A stretch of 64,000 bases of DNA from the human T2T-CHM13v2.0 reference genome, Homo sapiens, in NCBI RefSeq assembly GCF_009914755.1, contig NC_060934.1; one strand, given 5' to 3'. A program made the translations under genes and the position numbers. Positions 47,753-63,432 of the stretch are shown here, in pieces; the first letter of the stretch is position 1; every line of letters begins with the position of its first letter. The notes beneath the pieces were generated by a model. The model saw only the letters and a program-made list of their open reading frames with translations, did no database searches and was not told where the DNA came from.

Positions 47753-48915
47753 ATTTAGATCAATTTGCTGTTATATTTTTATATAAACTATGTTTATGAC
47801 ATAAGTATAAACAAAAAAATAAAATAAGTAAATAAATAAATAAAATTTAGATTAATTTGCTGTTATATTTTTATATAAGCTATGTTTATGACAGACTTTC
47901 CTATAATATTCTTATCATAATGTTCTTGCACTTGAAAGAATGTGCATTCTGCAGTTGTGTGCAGGTGTTATGTGTATTTCAACTGGGTCAAGTTTGTTAA
48001 TCAGGTTGGTCAAATTATCTACATCTTTACTGATATTTTTGTCTGTTTTTCTATAAATTACTGAGAGAGGATAAAGCCTGCCACTGTTATTATGAATTTG
48101 TTTATTTCTCCTTTGAGTTTTGTTAGTTTTTGTTTTATGCATTTAGAGGTTGTGTTATTAGGCTCATACCCATTTAAAATTGACGTTTTCTGGTAGAGTG
48201 AACCTTTATTATGTGAAATGGCTTTCTCTACCACTCACAATGGTATTTTTTTCACTTTCCCCCTTATTTTTGAATTTTCAATGTTCTTATAATGATGTCA
48301 TGTCTCTTGAATAGAGTTGTTTTAATCAAGTCTGTCAAATTTTGTCTTTTGTGTATTTCGTGAATTTACATTTATTGTAATTACTGATATAGTTGTGTTC
48401 ATAAATACCATCTTACTACTTGTTTCCATTTGTCTTACCCATTTTTGTTTTTATTTTTTCTTTTCTGTTGCTTTCTTTCTGATTATTTTTTTAATTCCGT
48501 TTCCCCCCCTACCATTGGTTCTACTTACACATTCTTTTATAATTTCTTTAGTGGTTTCCTCCACAGATTACAACTTCTGTACATTATTATAATCTAATAC
48601 AAATTTTACTTTTTATTGTTTCCCAGACAATGCTATGATCTCACAATACTCAATCTCTATTTACCTCCATTCTACTCTTGCATGTATATTATTATTACTC
48701 ATTTTAATTTCACATATATTTTACACCTAACGAGACATTATTATTATTGCTATGTGCAGTCAATATTCATTTGTATTCACCCACATATTCACTCTGTTTT
48801 TTTTTATTATTTCCTGCATTTCTGTGATTCTATCATAGATCAGTTTTCTTCTACCTGAAGAATTCCCTTTAGTATTTTTTGTGTATGCACATCTGCTGGC
48901 AGCAAATTTTCTCAG

Positions 48916-49224
48916 GTTTTTTTGTGTTTTTTTGTTTGCTTGTTTTTGAGACAGGGTCTCACTCTGTCGCCCAGGCTGGAGTGCAGTGGCATGATCATGG
49001 TTCACTGTAGCCTCAACCTCCTAGGTTCAAGCAGTCCTCCCACCTCAGCCTCCCGAGTAGCGGGACTACAGGCAGGCACCACCATACCTGGCTAATTCTT
49101 TTGTATTTTTTGTAGAGAAGGGATTTCACCATGTTGCTCAGGCTGGTCTCAAACTCCAGAGCTCAAACAGTCTGCCTGCTTTGACCTCCCAAAGGACTGG
49201 GATTACAGGCCACCTCACCCAGCC
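48916..49224 (-). mobile_element. Alu (AluJ-like)
   Basis: Antisense Alu; TSD TTTCTCAG. Confidence 0.85.
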
Positions 49225-49668
49225 TTTCTCAGTTTTTGAATAGAAACATCTATTTCAAATTCATTTTTAAGTATATTTTGTGAATATAGGATTACAGGTT
49301 GACACTTTTTTCTTTGAGGAACTTCAGAATGGCACTCCATTATCTTCTCACTTCCATCATTTCTGTTGACAAGTGATTTTCAGTGCTATTGTTTCTCCTT
49401 TGAGAGTAATGTGTCAGTAACATGCACTGGCTCACGCCCGTCATCCCAGCACCCTTGAGCCCAGGAGTTCAAAACCAGCCCAGGCAACAGAGCAAGATCC
49501 CCCCCCTCTACAAAAGAAAACGACAGGAGGGAGGCAGGAAGGAGGAGAGAGGGAGGGAGGGGAAAAGAAAAAAGAAAAGAAGAAATGTGTCCCTCCTACC
49601 TGCCTCTAGCTGCTTTTACTGTTTTTTCCTTGTCTTTCATTTGCAGCAGTTTAAGTATAGTGTGCCTG

Positions 49669-49975
49669 GGTTGGGTGCGGTGGCTCACGCCTATAATCCC
49701 AGCAGTTTGGGAGGCCAAGGCCAGTGGATCACCTGAGGTCAGAAGTTTGAGACCAACCTGGCCAACATGGTGAAACCCCGTCTCCACTAAAAAATCCAAA
49801 AATTAGCCAGGCATGGTGGCGCGTGCCTGTAATCCCAGCTATTCGGGAGACTGAGGCAGGAGAATCGCTTGACCTTGGGGAGGCGGAGGTTGCAGTGAGC
49901 TGAGATCGCGCGCCACCGTACTCCAGCCTGGGTGACAAAGAAAAACTCCGTCTCAAAAAATAATAATAAAAAAAA
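49669..49975 (+). mobile_element. Alu (AluS)
   Basis: TSD AAGTATAGTGTGCCTGG on both sides. Confidence 0.9.
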
Positions 49976-50348
49976 AGTATAGTGTGCCTGGATGCAGTTT
50001 TGTTTTTATTTATCCTGCTTGGGGATCATAAAGCTTTATCAGTTTTGGAAAGTTCTCAGGCTATATTTATTTAACTGTTCCTTCTGCCCCATCTTCCTCC
50101 CTTCTAAGACTCCAGTTACATATGTGTTAGGCCTGTTCACCACTTCCCACAAGTATCTTATGTTCTTTGCTGTATTTTCCATACTCTTTGTCTCTGTTCT
50201 TCAGCTTAGAGTTTTTATTCTGTCCTATATTACAGTTCAAAGAATGTTCCTTCTGCTAAATCTAATTGTAGTTAACCCATATGCTAAGTAGTTAATTTCA
50301 ATTATTGTATTTTTAAGTTTTAAATTTCCATTTCATTCTTTCTTATAG

Positions 50349-50535
50349 ATTCCAGTTCTTTGATGAAAGTCTCTATTCCACCCATCAAGTCTGTGTCTGA
50401 TAACACCAATATCTGGGTCATTAGTGGCTCCGTTTTGTTGTGTCTGTTTTCCCCTCCTTCCTGTTTTGTGGTGTGTTTGATCACTTATTGTTGAATGCTA
50501 ACCATTATAATAAATTTTAGTGGCTCCAGGAAACA
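50349..50535 (+). other. Candidate final non-coding exon of the 390-aa SYT15 isoform
   Basis: Pyrimidine-rich acceptor tttcattctttcttatag| ending at 50348 and AATAAA at 50509-50514, within degenerate antisense L1. Confidence 0.4.
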
Positions 50536-51479
50536 TGATCTGAAAACAATGTCTGTCTCAAGGGAGGGTTTACCATGTCATCTGATAGACAGAGTGGGAA
50601 GATTTTACCTTAATCCAATGGTACCGAACTGACTAGAGTCTATGTTGCAGTTTTTGGAAGGCTTCATCTCCATCTCTGGTTTGCCCGTCTATCTAGAGTG
50701 TGGTCCTCCAAGGATTCCAACTGAGTGTCTGATGTGATTATTAGGCTTCTTTTCCTTGGTGGGTCCTGAACTCCAACTTTTATCTCATTAATATGACACT
50801 GCCAAAACCTGCTGCTTTTCATAGCCTTTCTGCATAGCTTAACTCAGCAGATGCCTCAAGGGGAAAGTGTTCCTTTTCTGTGTCTCCCTTCTACATGATA
50901 TCTCGGCCCCTTCAGTTCCAGCTGCCTTGACAACCTCAGTCTCCATTTCTTGTCTCTCCAGCTGAAGACGACTCTGCTGCCTTTGCTGCCTCTTAGCTAT
51001 GGCCGTCTGCCCAAATGCTCGGCCTCTTAGCTAAAATCAGCACGTTTCCTGAAGGGAAAAGTAGTTCACAGAGGGCCAGCTTGCCTCCTTGTGTTTTTCT
51101 TCTTTTGAGATTATGACCCTTCAAATGTTTGTTAACTGGGAAGCTTTCCAAAAACTTTTTAAAAAAGTTTTCTGTGTTTTATTCAGCCTTTCCAGTTGTT
51201 CTTGGAATGAGTGTTGGTCTGCCTCAAGCAGAAAAAAAATTCTCAGAATTCTTTTCTCAGAAAAAGGATTCTCAGCAGAGAGTGATTTTATACAGGGAAT
51301 GGGATTAAACAATTCTTGGGAAAGCTGGTGAAGCCAACGAGGGAACAGTTACTTTTATCAGTGTGCAATTTTTTTGCTATAATGGTGCATAACAACTAAT
51401 CACAACATGTCAATGCCATACTTAAATAAGCACTCATTTCTAACACATCTGTGGGTTGGCTGGAGGTGGTCTGAGCTAG

Positions 51480-52112
<633 letters not shown>

Positions 52113-53734
52113 GGCAACTCACTTTCAAGCTGGCTGGGCTTGGCTCCTCACATTTGTGCATTCTGAACACAGGCTGCAGGGACAGCTGCTACCCCCAGGG
52201 AAAGCTCTTTTCATGGTGAAGGCAGAAGCATAAAAAGGCAAGCTGCATTGTGCAGATGCATATCTGTGTCTCTCCTTATGTTATGTCATCCAATATCCCA
52301 TTGGCCAAAGCACGTCACATAGCCAAGCTCCAAATCAAGGGTCAGAGAAGTAAATGATATCTTTTTCCTGAGGGGAACTGCAACACTACAGGGCAATGGA
52401 CACAGCCACAGGGAGGGGTGAAGAATTCAGGTGGACAACGCAATGAACCATGCTGATGTTTCCTGGAGCTGGGATCTTCAGGAATTTGTGCTTCGCTGTG
52501 CCCATCCAGTCACCAAGGAGGAACCCCCCTACTGCAGAGCTGCTTTTGGGCCTCGATGCCATTGTTGCCAAACTGACATTCCATGATGAAAATGGACTGT
52601 AATTTGTACAGCTATTTGCCAGTTACGTTTTTTCTATTTTGCGCTGTGGAAATCTTTGCCCAAATTACTGCAAGAGTCTCGAGCATCCTGCTGTCATAAG
52701 TGCAGAGTCAAAGGAAGAAAACGATGATTTTTTAAACCATCTTTCTGCTTTCTAGTCTCACCTGAGTGCCTCACATTTGGCAGAATCAACCTGGAATCCT
52801 GCTCATAAGACTATCAGGGAAATATAATTCCCAGACTTCCATTTCCAGAAAAATGTAATAAATACTTTTAAAGGGGATGGAGATGGTACCGTGTGCTAAC
52901 CCCACTCTGAGACAAACCTGGGTCACAGGAACCATAGGGAAGATGTCTGCAGTAGAAGGGGACCTCGAAGTACTCAAGTACTTGGCTCACAACAGCACTA
53001 TTCACATAAAGCCTGGCCTGCCCCTTGGTGACCTCCTTCCCTTACGCCTCTAGACTCTACTAGGTGATCAGAAATCCCTGCAAGCTAGTTGGGGAGGGAA
53101 GAGTGAAAGTGAAAAATGGAGAGGAAACACTGCTACCCGCCCAATGCCTGGAGCCAAATGCAAGCCTGGGCCAGACTTGGGGGAGGAATCAAGAGGAAGC
53201 TTAAACTTAAAATGAAATCGAAAGTTTAGACTCCTACATGGGATTGGACATTTTAAATGCTGAACAGAGCCTATTTTTATAGCTAGAAGTTACAGGACAC
53301 ATTTTTGGTTAACTGAGAATGATCCAAAAATCATGTGAATTTTGTGATCCAGAAAGTCACAGAACATGCCCTAGATTTTATCCCAGGGGCAGGGAGGAGT
53401 GACCTGCAGAGTAAGTTTGAATTGGTAAATAGAAAACAAGAATAAAATAGTTTGCTGTTTACATTCCATAAGCCTGGCTCTTTCAACATCATGGGTATAT
53501 TTCTTGGTTGAATTTAGTATGCCACTATGACGCCGGATTGTGATATTTGCCTAGGATGTTTTGTCCTAACATTTAGTATGGAATCATTTGCCCAAATCAC
53601 CTGCCCCTCTCCACTTGTAGCTTTATTTCAAGATGTATGTTTCTCAAAGTGGAGTGACTGCCAGAGTGGGAGAAAGGAGCTAGCCCTTACCGCTGTAGTA
53701 GGTCTTTGTACATCAGCTTGGTAAATCTGCAAGG

Positions 53735-53829
53735 CCCCCCCCTTCCCCCCTCCCCCCCAACCCCCCCTTCCCCCCTCCCCCCCAACCCCCCCTTCCCCCC
53801 TCCCCCCCCAACCCCCCCCCCCCCCCCCC
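53735..53829. repeat. C-rich minisatellite (C7TTC6TC7AA, ~25 bp x3) plus C19
   Basis: Directly visible. Confidence 0.9.
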
Positions 53830-54339
53830 AGGAGCCTTCCCCACGTGTGGACAAGAGAGATGGGAGGATCCGGGAGGATGTGCTGTTTCTCAGGGTCCCA
53901 CAGCTAGAAGGTGATGGAGCTAAAATTTAAATCAGATTCCAAATGTCTAAAAATACTGTCATTATCACATATTACCAGAGACACCTCAAAAAAGACAGAG
54001 ACGCCCTGCAGGGCCGCAACATTCCCGCAGCCTGGTAGGGTCTGTTGGGGGCCCCATGCCTGTGAGAGCCGCTCCTGTCGGTGCAGCACCGGGGAGGCTG
54101 TGCATTCAACGAGTCCTTCCTCCCTTCTCCTTTCATTCCATTGCTGCCTTCCTTCCTCCCTTCCCCCTCCGCTCCTTCCCCTAGACCTTCCTTCCGCCCT
54201 CCCTACCCCCCGCACGTCTCTCCCTACCGTCCTTCTTTCTGTGTGAATTATCTGTTCATCTCCATTGCTGCAGTACCGTCTGGCAAATCATCTGCTTGGA
54301 TCCTCCTGGCTTTTTGAGAATCGGCTGGCATCAGGGTGC

Positions 54340-55299
<960 letters not shown>

Positions 55300-55830
55300 T
55301 TGCATTGAGTTTATAAGTCAATTCAGGGGAGAATTGACATCTTTAAAATACTGGGTCATCTAATCAGTTCACATGGTATGTACTTCTGTTTATTTACCTC
55401 TTCTCTCATTTCTCTAAATAATATTTAAAGTGTCATGGACATCTTTCATTAAATTTTTCCCCAGACATTTGAATTTTTATGCTACCATAAATGGTATTGT
55501 TTTAAAATGTTTTATTTTCTAACTCTTGCTGGTATACAGAAATAAAATTGGTTTTCCTATTTTGACCATTTATTCAGTCATGCTAAACTCACTAATTCTA
55601 ATAACTTGTCTCTGGATTCTTTTGAGTTGTTAATATACATACATAGTTTTGTATCTTAGGTCCAATCTTAGTATTTTTATTTCAACTTTTTTGCCTTATT
55701 ACTCTTGTTAGGAATACCAGGAAAGTATTGAATACAAGTGATGATAATGGACATCTTCGTCTTATTTCTGTTCTCAGAAATGTTTCCACATTTCATTATT
55801 AAGGAAAATATTTACCATAGTTGTAGCTCC
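55300..55830 (-). mobile_element. Old L1 fragment (antisense)
   Basis: ggggagaattgacatcttt...tattgaatacaagtgatgataatggacatctt L1 ORF2-like antisense. Confidence 0.65.
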
Positions 55831-55962
55831 TTGAGATAAACAGTGTTAAAATTTTTTGGCCACTCTCCATTGATTTAATGTATAGTTTTCTAAAAATGAA
55901 ATATTTTACATACTGTTTCTGAGTAAGATTTTTTACCCAATGCGCTGTAAACACCAAAATCA

Positions 55963-56346
<384 letters not shown>

Positions 56347-56934
56347 TTATAATCGTTTTATTGAGATATAATTCACATATACGATTCATCCATTTAAAAT
56401 GTATAATTCGATGGTTATTGGAATATTTACATTTCTGTTTAATTCCCTCAATTAATTTTTACATCAACTTGTCAACTTGTATAGGCCATCCCTCAGGGAC
56501 TTTGTTTATTGTTGAATTAACTCTGTATAGTACATCTTCCCAAACAGCAGGAGCACAGTAGAGTGTTCCACTACTTCTTGTCTCCTTTTATTTCCCTCAT
56601 GATATTTAAATCATTTCCTTTCAATAAATTAAGCTCTTAAAGTTTTTGGTTTTATCTGTGAGCATGATTATTTTTATTTAGAATTATGTATTACTGTTAT
56701 ATGGTAATATAATTTTGTAAATTTGTTATGTGTAATTAATATATTACTAGCATATTTTTTATTTCCTGGGATTATTTTTCTTAATATATATTCTAGTTAT
56801 TCAAAATAGTGACATTTTAATTTATTTAAGACTTCTTGTTACGATTACATACGTATTTTTATTCTCAAATCATATAGCCAGCATTTCTACTGCTGAACAA
56901 AATGCTTTGAAATATCAATAATACATATATCTGA

Positions 56935-57815
56935 CTTTTATCTAGAATACATATGTCTGATCAGTAAAAAGACAAACAACCCAATAAGATAAATGTGCAG
57001 ATGACTTGAGAGACACTTCACAAATGAAGGTATACAAATGGCCAATGAGCACATGAAAAGTTGTGCATCATTAGTCATCAGTGAAAGAGAAACCAAAACC
57101 AGGAGGTTCCACTTTACAGCCTCTAGAATGGCTACAGTGAAAATGACTGACATCTCAAATGTTGACAAGGATGTACAACAACTGGAAGCCTCCATTTTGG
57201 CTGCGGAGAGTGTAAAATTGCACAACTTTGGAGCACTGTTTGGCAGATTCTTCTCAAGTTAAATATATACCTATCCAATAAACTGACAATCTCAGTCCTA
57301 GCTATTTAAATCCCTGCCCCAACAAAAACTTATGTCCACAACAAGACTTGTTTTAAAAATGTTTTTAGCAGCTTTATTCATAATAGTTCGAAACTGGAAA
57401 GAACTCAAATGACCTTCAACAGGCGAATGGATAATATATTCACACATTGATATATTACTGAACAATAAAAAAGAATAAACTGCTGATTCACATAAAAATA
57501 TGGATAAGCCTGAAAAACATTCTTAGGTTAAAAAAAGCCAGTTACAAAGGAATATATACTGTATGATTTCATTTACATGAAGTCCAAACAAAGATCAAAC
57601 TAGTGTATAGTGATAGAAATCAGAATAGTGGTTGGCCATCATGGATGGAGGAGACTGACTGGAAGTGGGGATGAATGAAAATTCTAGGGTGATGGAAATG
57701 CTCCATATCTTGTTTGGGGTTCAGTTACATGAATGTATATATTTGTCAAAACTCTAAATTGTACACTTAAGACCTGTGCATTTAACTATACGTTTTCATG
57801 CAATTTTTTTTTAAA
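56935..57815 (+). mobile_element. Old L1M 3' portion (sense)
   Basis: ggccaatgagcacatgaaaag...cattagtcatcag...tgatagaaatcagaatagtggtt...gggtgatggaaatg L1M 3' end. Confidence 0.75.
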
Positions 57816-58044
57816 TTCCAAGAAAAAGGATCTGATTGACCCAATTTGAGCCAGGCATCCTACTGCCTTGCATAATCAGTTTTTGCCAAGGAATCCAAAC
57901 AAGCAGTATAGACGTGACCTAGAGAAGGGGCACCAGAATGGGCTTGGCTCCCACCCACAAAGTTCCAATATCTCCTACATGATGTCAGTTTTGGGGACCA
58001 AAACCATATCATCTTTTTCTATTATTTGGATGTGATCTTTTTAT

Positions 58045-58356
58045 TTATGTATGTTTGTTGTTGGTTTTATTTTTTTAGAGACAGGGTCTCGCTTTGTCAT
58101 CCAGGCTGGAGTGTAGTGGCAGATCATAGCTCACTGCAGCCTCAAACTCCCGGGCTCAAGTGATCTTCCTGCCTCAGCCTCCTGAGTAGTGTGTCACCAT
58201 GCCTGGCTAATTTTTTTTTTTTTTTTTTTTTTAGTGTTTTATAGAGACAAGATCTTGCTATGTTGTCCAGGCTGGTCTCCAATTCCTGGCCTCAAGCAAT
58301 CCTCCCATCTCAGGCTCCCAAGGTACAGGGATTACGGGAGTGAGCCACCACACCAG
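58045..58356 (-). mobile_element. Alu (AluJ-like)
   Basis: Antisense Alu; TSD TGATCTTT. Confidence 0.85.
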
Positions 58357-59275
58357 AACTGATCTTTCTAACACAGGGAAATTGTATTCTTTAGAAGTGG
58401 AGGAATATTTCCTAGTAATTTGATCAAGTAAAAATAATTATAATAAAGAAGGTAAAATCAAGCCCTAATTCCCCATGTAGGGGAATAATATCATTTTGGT
58501 AAGATTCTTCCAGACAGTATGATTAGGATGTTACATAAATCAAACTGTGCTATATACAGTATGCAGAGAAGGAAATTCCTTAGCTTGTCTAAAGTCTGAT
58601 AGTGTGAAGAATTTGCTGACCTGCTCTCCATGCCTGTCTGAGCACGAGTGAAGTGAATCAGAGAGAGATTGCAAGATGGAGAAAGGAGGTACAGTTGGAG
58701 AGAGTGGAGGGGGCAGGAAAGACCAGACAGAGCTGCATCTCCCATGAAAACAACTGTGTACATAAGATAGAGTGAGTACATAGAGTACATAGAAGAGTGA
58801 GCTCTGAAAGAACTCTCACATGGACCCCAGAAAGAGGAGTACTCAACGCCTGCTGCACAGAAGGCATCAGCAGTTAAGTACTGGCTAGAAAAGCGGAGTC
58901 CATCAAAGGAGAGGACCACAGTGGTAGCTGCCTGGTAAGTACCACTGTCCCCTTTCCTTCTTTTCTCCCTCCCCAGCTCATGGAGGAGCTAGGCCTCAGG
59001 AAGCTGGGAAGGAATGGGGAGAATTCACCTCGGTGCCAGTTCACGCCCTCCCTCCAGCTCCAACAGCTGGAGTCAAAGGAAAGGAAGGGTGCACCTATCT
59101 CCTCCCCATTCCAAGTCCCTTTAGTGACTAGCTGGACATGCTCTGGAGAAGAGCAAAATGAGGTTAGAATTTAAACAATACCAGACTTTCTAAAACACAA
59201 TGCCTGGGAAGTTATGTGAGGCATGTGAGACATGAGGGGATGGAAAAGGGATTCAACAGAGCATAGTTGAAATCA

Positions 59276-59649
<374 letters not shown>

Positions 59650-59719
59650 TTAAAGAATACTTTATTAATTGAAAAAGCATGCTCTTCTTAAATAGTAAGC
59701 CTTAACCACTGAAAACATG

Positions 59720-61210
59720 TCCAAATGATCCATAAATTCAAAGCAATCTCATTAAAAATATCAATGGGATAAAAATGATTCTAAACTTATCTCAAGAACA
59801 GATGGCATGCCCACTAGGATGGCTATAATCAAAAAGTCAGATAATAATAAAAAGTGCTGGTGAGGATGTGGAGAAATCAGAACTCCAATGCATTCTCATG
59901 GGAATGTAAAATAGTGCACCTGCATTAGAAAAGTTTGGCAGTTCCTCAAATGGTTAAACCATACAACCCAGCAATTCCACTCCTGGGTACATACCCAAGA
60001 GAAATGAAAATATACATCCACACAAAGACTTGCACACAAATGTTCATGATAGTATAATTAAAAATAACCAAAAAGTGGGAAAAACTCAGTTGGCCATCAA
60101 CTGATGAATAGATACATAAAATGCGGTATATCCATACAATGGAATATTATTTGGCAATAAAAACAATGAAGTAGTGATACATGCTACATGTGTGAACCTT
60201 GAAAACACTATACCAAGTGAAAGAAATCAGTTACAAAGGACCACATATTGTATGATTCCATTCATGTGAAATGTCAGAATAGTGAAATCTATACAGCCAC
60301 TAAGTAGAAGAGTGGTTACCTAGGGTTGGGGGAAAGGGGGTGGGTATGGAGGAGCGACTGTTAGCTCCTCTTAAGGAAGAGCTGTGGGGTGGTATAGTTA
60401 ATGTAACTATGGATGATTCTTTTGGGGGTGATGAAATGTTCCAAAATTGAGTGTGCTGATGGTCACACACTCTGAATATACTAAAAAACACTGCAACATA
60501 TACTCTTAATGGGGAATAAAAAAGAACAGATGGGCAAAGATGTCTGAGAAAAACAATTTTAATGAAGAAAAATATAGGGGTACTTTTCCTATCAGATGTA
60601 AAGTTATAATAATTCTAACTGTATGGTTCTGGCTCAGCAATAAATATAGAACAATGAAACAGACCAGAAAGTCCACAGGTAATGCTAGCAGGAATAATAA
60701 TTTCATATTATAATAAAGATCACATCTATGTCACTGATGGGAAAGAAAGAAATCAATAGTGTTGGGACAACCAGCTGACCATTTTAGGAAAATGAATCAG
60801 TTAGATCCATTCATACCATGCACTAAATTTTAGATAATTAAAGATTTAAATACAAATATAACAATCATAAATGTTTCAAAAAATTTTTTGAAGAAAATGT
60901 GTATAATCTTATAGTAGAAAAGAAGCTATCTAGGCATGCCATAAAATCTAGAAACAATAAAGAAAAAGATTGATGGGTTGATCCACGTAAATATTTATGA
61001 TTTCTGCATGTCAAACATATATAACAAGCTTGGGAAAAATGTCTGCAACACATGTTAAAAATTACTAACTTTATAAGGAGAACATACTAATTTAATAAAA
61101 GGCTTCTCCCACATAAAAATGGTCTAAGGTAAAATATGAAAAAGCAAACTGCAAATGACTGATAAGCATATGAAGCAAATGTACAATCACTTTAGCAATA
61201 AAATAATTCA
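59720..61210 (+). mobile_element. Old L1M fragments (sense)
   Basis: cccactaggatggctataatcaaaaag...gcaattccactcctggg...atccatacaatggaatatta L1MB/MC-like 3' end. Confidence 0.75.
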
Positions 61211-61214
61211 ATTA

Positions 61215-61581
<367 letters not shown>

Positions 61582-61912
61582 CTAGTCTTTCACTTATGCC
61601 ATTCAGTTTAGAGAGAGTGTGGAAAACTTCTGATAGGAATATATTTCAGGATAACCTTTCTGAGAACATTTTAAAAGTAGGATTCAAGAGCACACACAAA
61701 TGATGGAATCCTGTGTAGTTGATATGATTTAATCTATGTTGATTGATTTGGAAAGACGTATATGGCAAATTGTGGAGTAAAAAAAGTACACACTAGATAC
61801 TGGCCTATATGGAATGGTCCCATTTATGTAAAATTGTGTATGTGCATGCACAGATCTGTCTTCTATCAGGGTATCTGGAAAATGTTCAACAAAATAGTAA
61901 CAATGGTTATCT

Positions 61913-62082
61913 GTTTTGTTTTGTTTTTTCAGAGACAGGGTCTTGCTCTATTGCCCAGGCTGGAGTACAGTGGTGCAATCATAGCTCACTGTAGCCTCTA
62001 ACTCCTGGGCTCATGCCACACAATCCTCCTGCCTCAGCCTCCTGAGTAGCTGGGACTACAGGCATGTACCACCCTGCGTGGC
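61913..62082 (-). mobile_element. Alu right monomer
   Basis: Single antisense arm; TSD-like GTTATCTGTT. Confidence 0.8.
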
Positions 62083-62229
62083 TCTCGTTATCTGTTGATA
62101 CTGGAATTTCTGCTTTTTTCCTGGTACAGATACATACATACAAGTACTTTGACCCCAAAATTCTATTTTCTTAGAATAAATTCCCAGAAGGAATGAAAGA
62201 TGTGTGCAAAGACTATCAATGAGAATGTT

Positions 62230-62605
62230 GGCCAGACGTGGTAGTCTACACCTGTAATCCCAGCACTTTGGGAGGCTGAGGCAAAGGGGATCACTTGAGG
62301 CCAGGAGTTTAGACCAGCCTGGGCAACATGGCAAAAACATGTCTCTACAAAAAATACAAAAAGTATCCAGGTATGGAGGCATATGCCTGTAGTCCCAGCT
62401 ACTCATAGGAGGCTGAGGCAGGAGGATCACTTGAGCCCAGGGAGGCTGAGGCTGCAGTGAGCCATGATCACACCACTACACTCCAACCTGGTTAACAGAA
62501 TGTCTCTAAAAATAAAATAAAATAAGATGTAGATACATGCAGGAGGCTGAGGTGATGGATCACTTGAGCCCAGGAGTTTGAGTCCAGCCTGGGCAACATT
62601 GAAAG
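62230..62605 (+). mobile_element. AluJ-like element plus short Alu fragment
   Basis: Alu consensus 62230-62525 and fragment 62540-62605. Confidence 0.82.
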
Positions 62606-62776
62606 ACTATATATTTTAAAGTAGACACATGTACAAAATCATACATGCATAAAACAACCGAAGGAATATCTATTAAAATGTTGGCAGCAATTAGCTTTGG
62701 TTGGTAGAATAACAGAAGGGTTACTTTTCTCACTTTCATTCATCCATATTTTCCAAAGTTTAAAAAAAAAAGAAAC

Positions 62777-63085
62777 GGCCTGGTGCAGTGGCTCACGCCT
62801 ATAGTCCTAGCACTTTGGGAGGCCAAGGCAAGAGGGTCGGTTGAGCCCAGGAGCTCAAGACCAGCCTGGGCAATGTAGGGAGACCCTGTCTCTACAAAAA
62901 ATAAAAAATCAGTTGTTGTGGTCTGCACTTATAGTCCCAGCTACCAGGGAGGCTGAGGTGGAAGGATTGCTTGCGCCCAGGAGGTAGAGGCTACAGTGAG
63001 CCATAATTGTGCCACTGTACTCCAGCCTGGGTGACAGAGCAAGACTGTCTCTCAAAAAAGGCAAAACAAAACAAAACAAAAAACA
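62777..63085 (+). mobile_element. Alu (AluJ-like)
   Basis: Alu consensus with (CAAAA)n tail. Confidence 0.85.
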
Positions 63086-63136
63086 AGGAACATGCGTTTT
63101 TGTTTAAAGGAAAACATTTTTTTTTTAAGTTTATAA

Positions 63137-63432
<296 letters not shown>

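Larger units (their letters stand above)
46330..50900 (-). mobile_element. Fragmented old L1 (L1M-type), antisense, interrupted by Alus
   Basis: Minus-strand translation RQEYPLSLLIVSILLEVLATA resembles L1 ORF2 RT ([21 protein letters not shown]); T-rich composition. Confidence 0.7.

Noticed and set aside
50942-50996. Strong acceptor (tttcttgtctctccag) that would give a 385-aa SYT15 ending TEDDSAAFAAS*
   Set aside because: Lies downstream of the AATAAA at 50509 and has no support beyond the motif.
58491-58919. 142-aa minus-strand ORF
   Set aside because: Non-ATG start, no recognisable homology or exon context.
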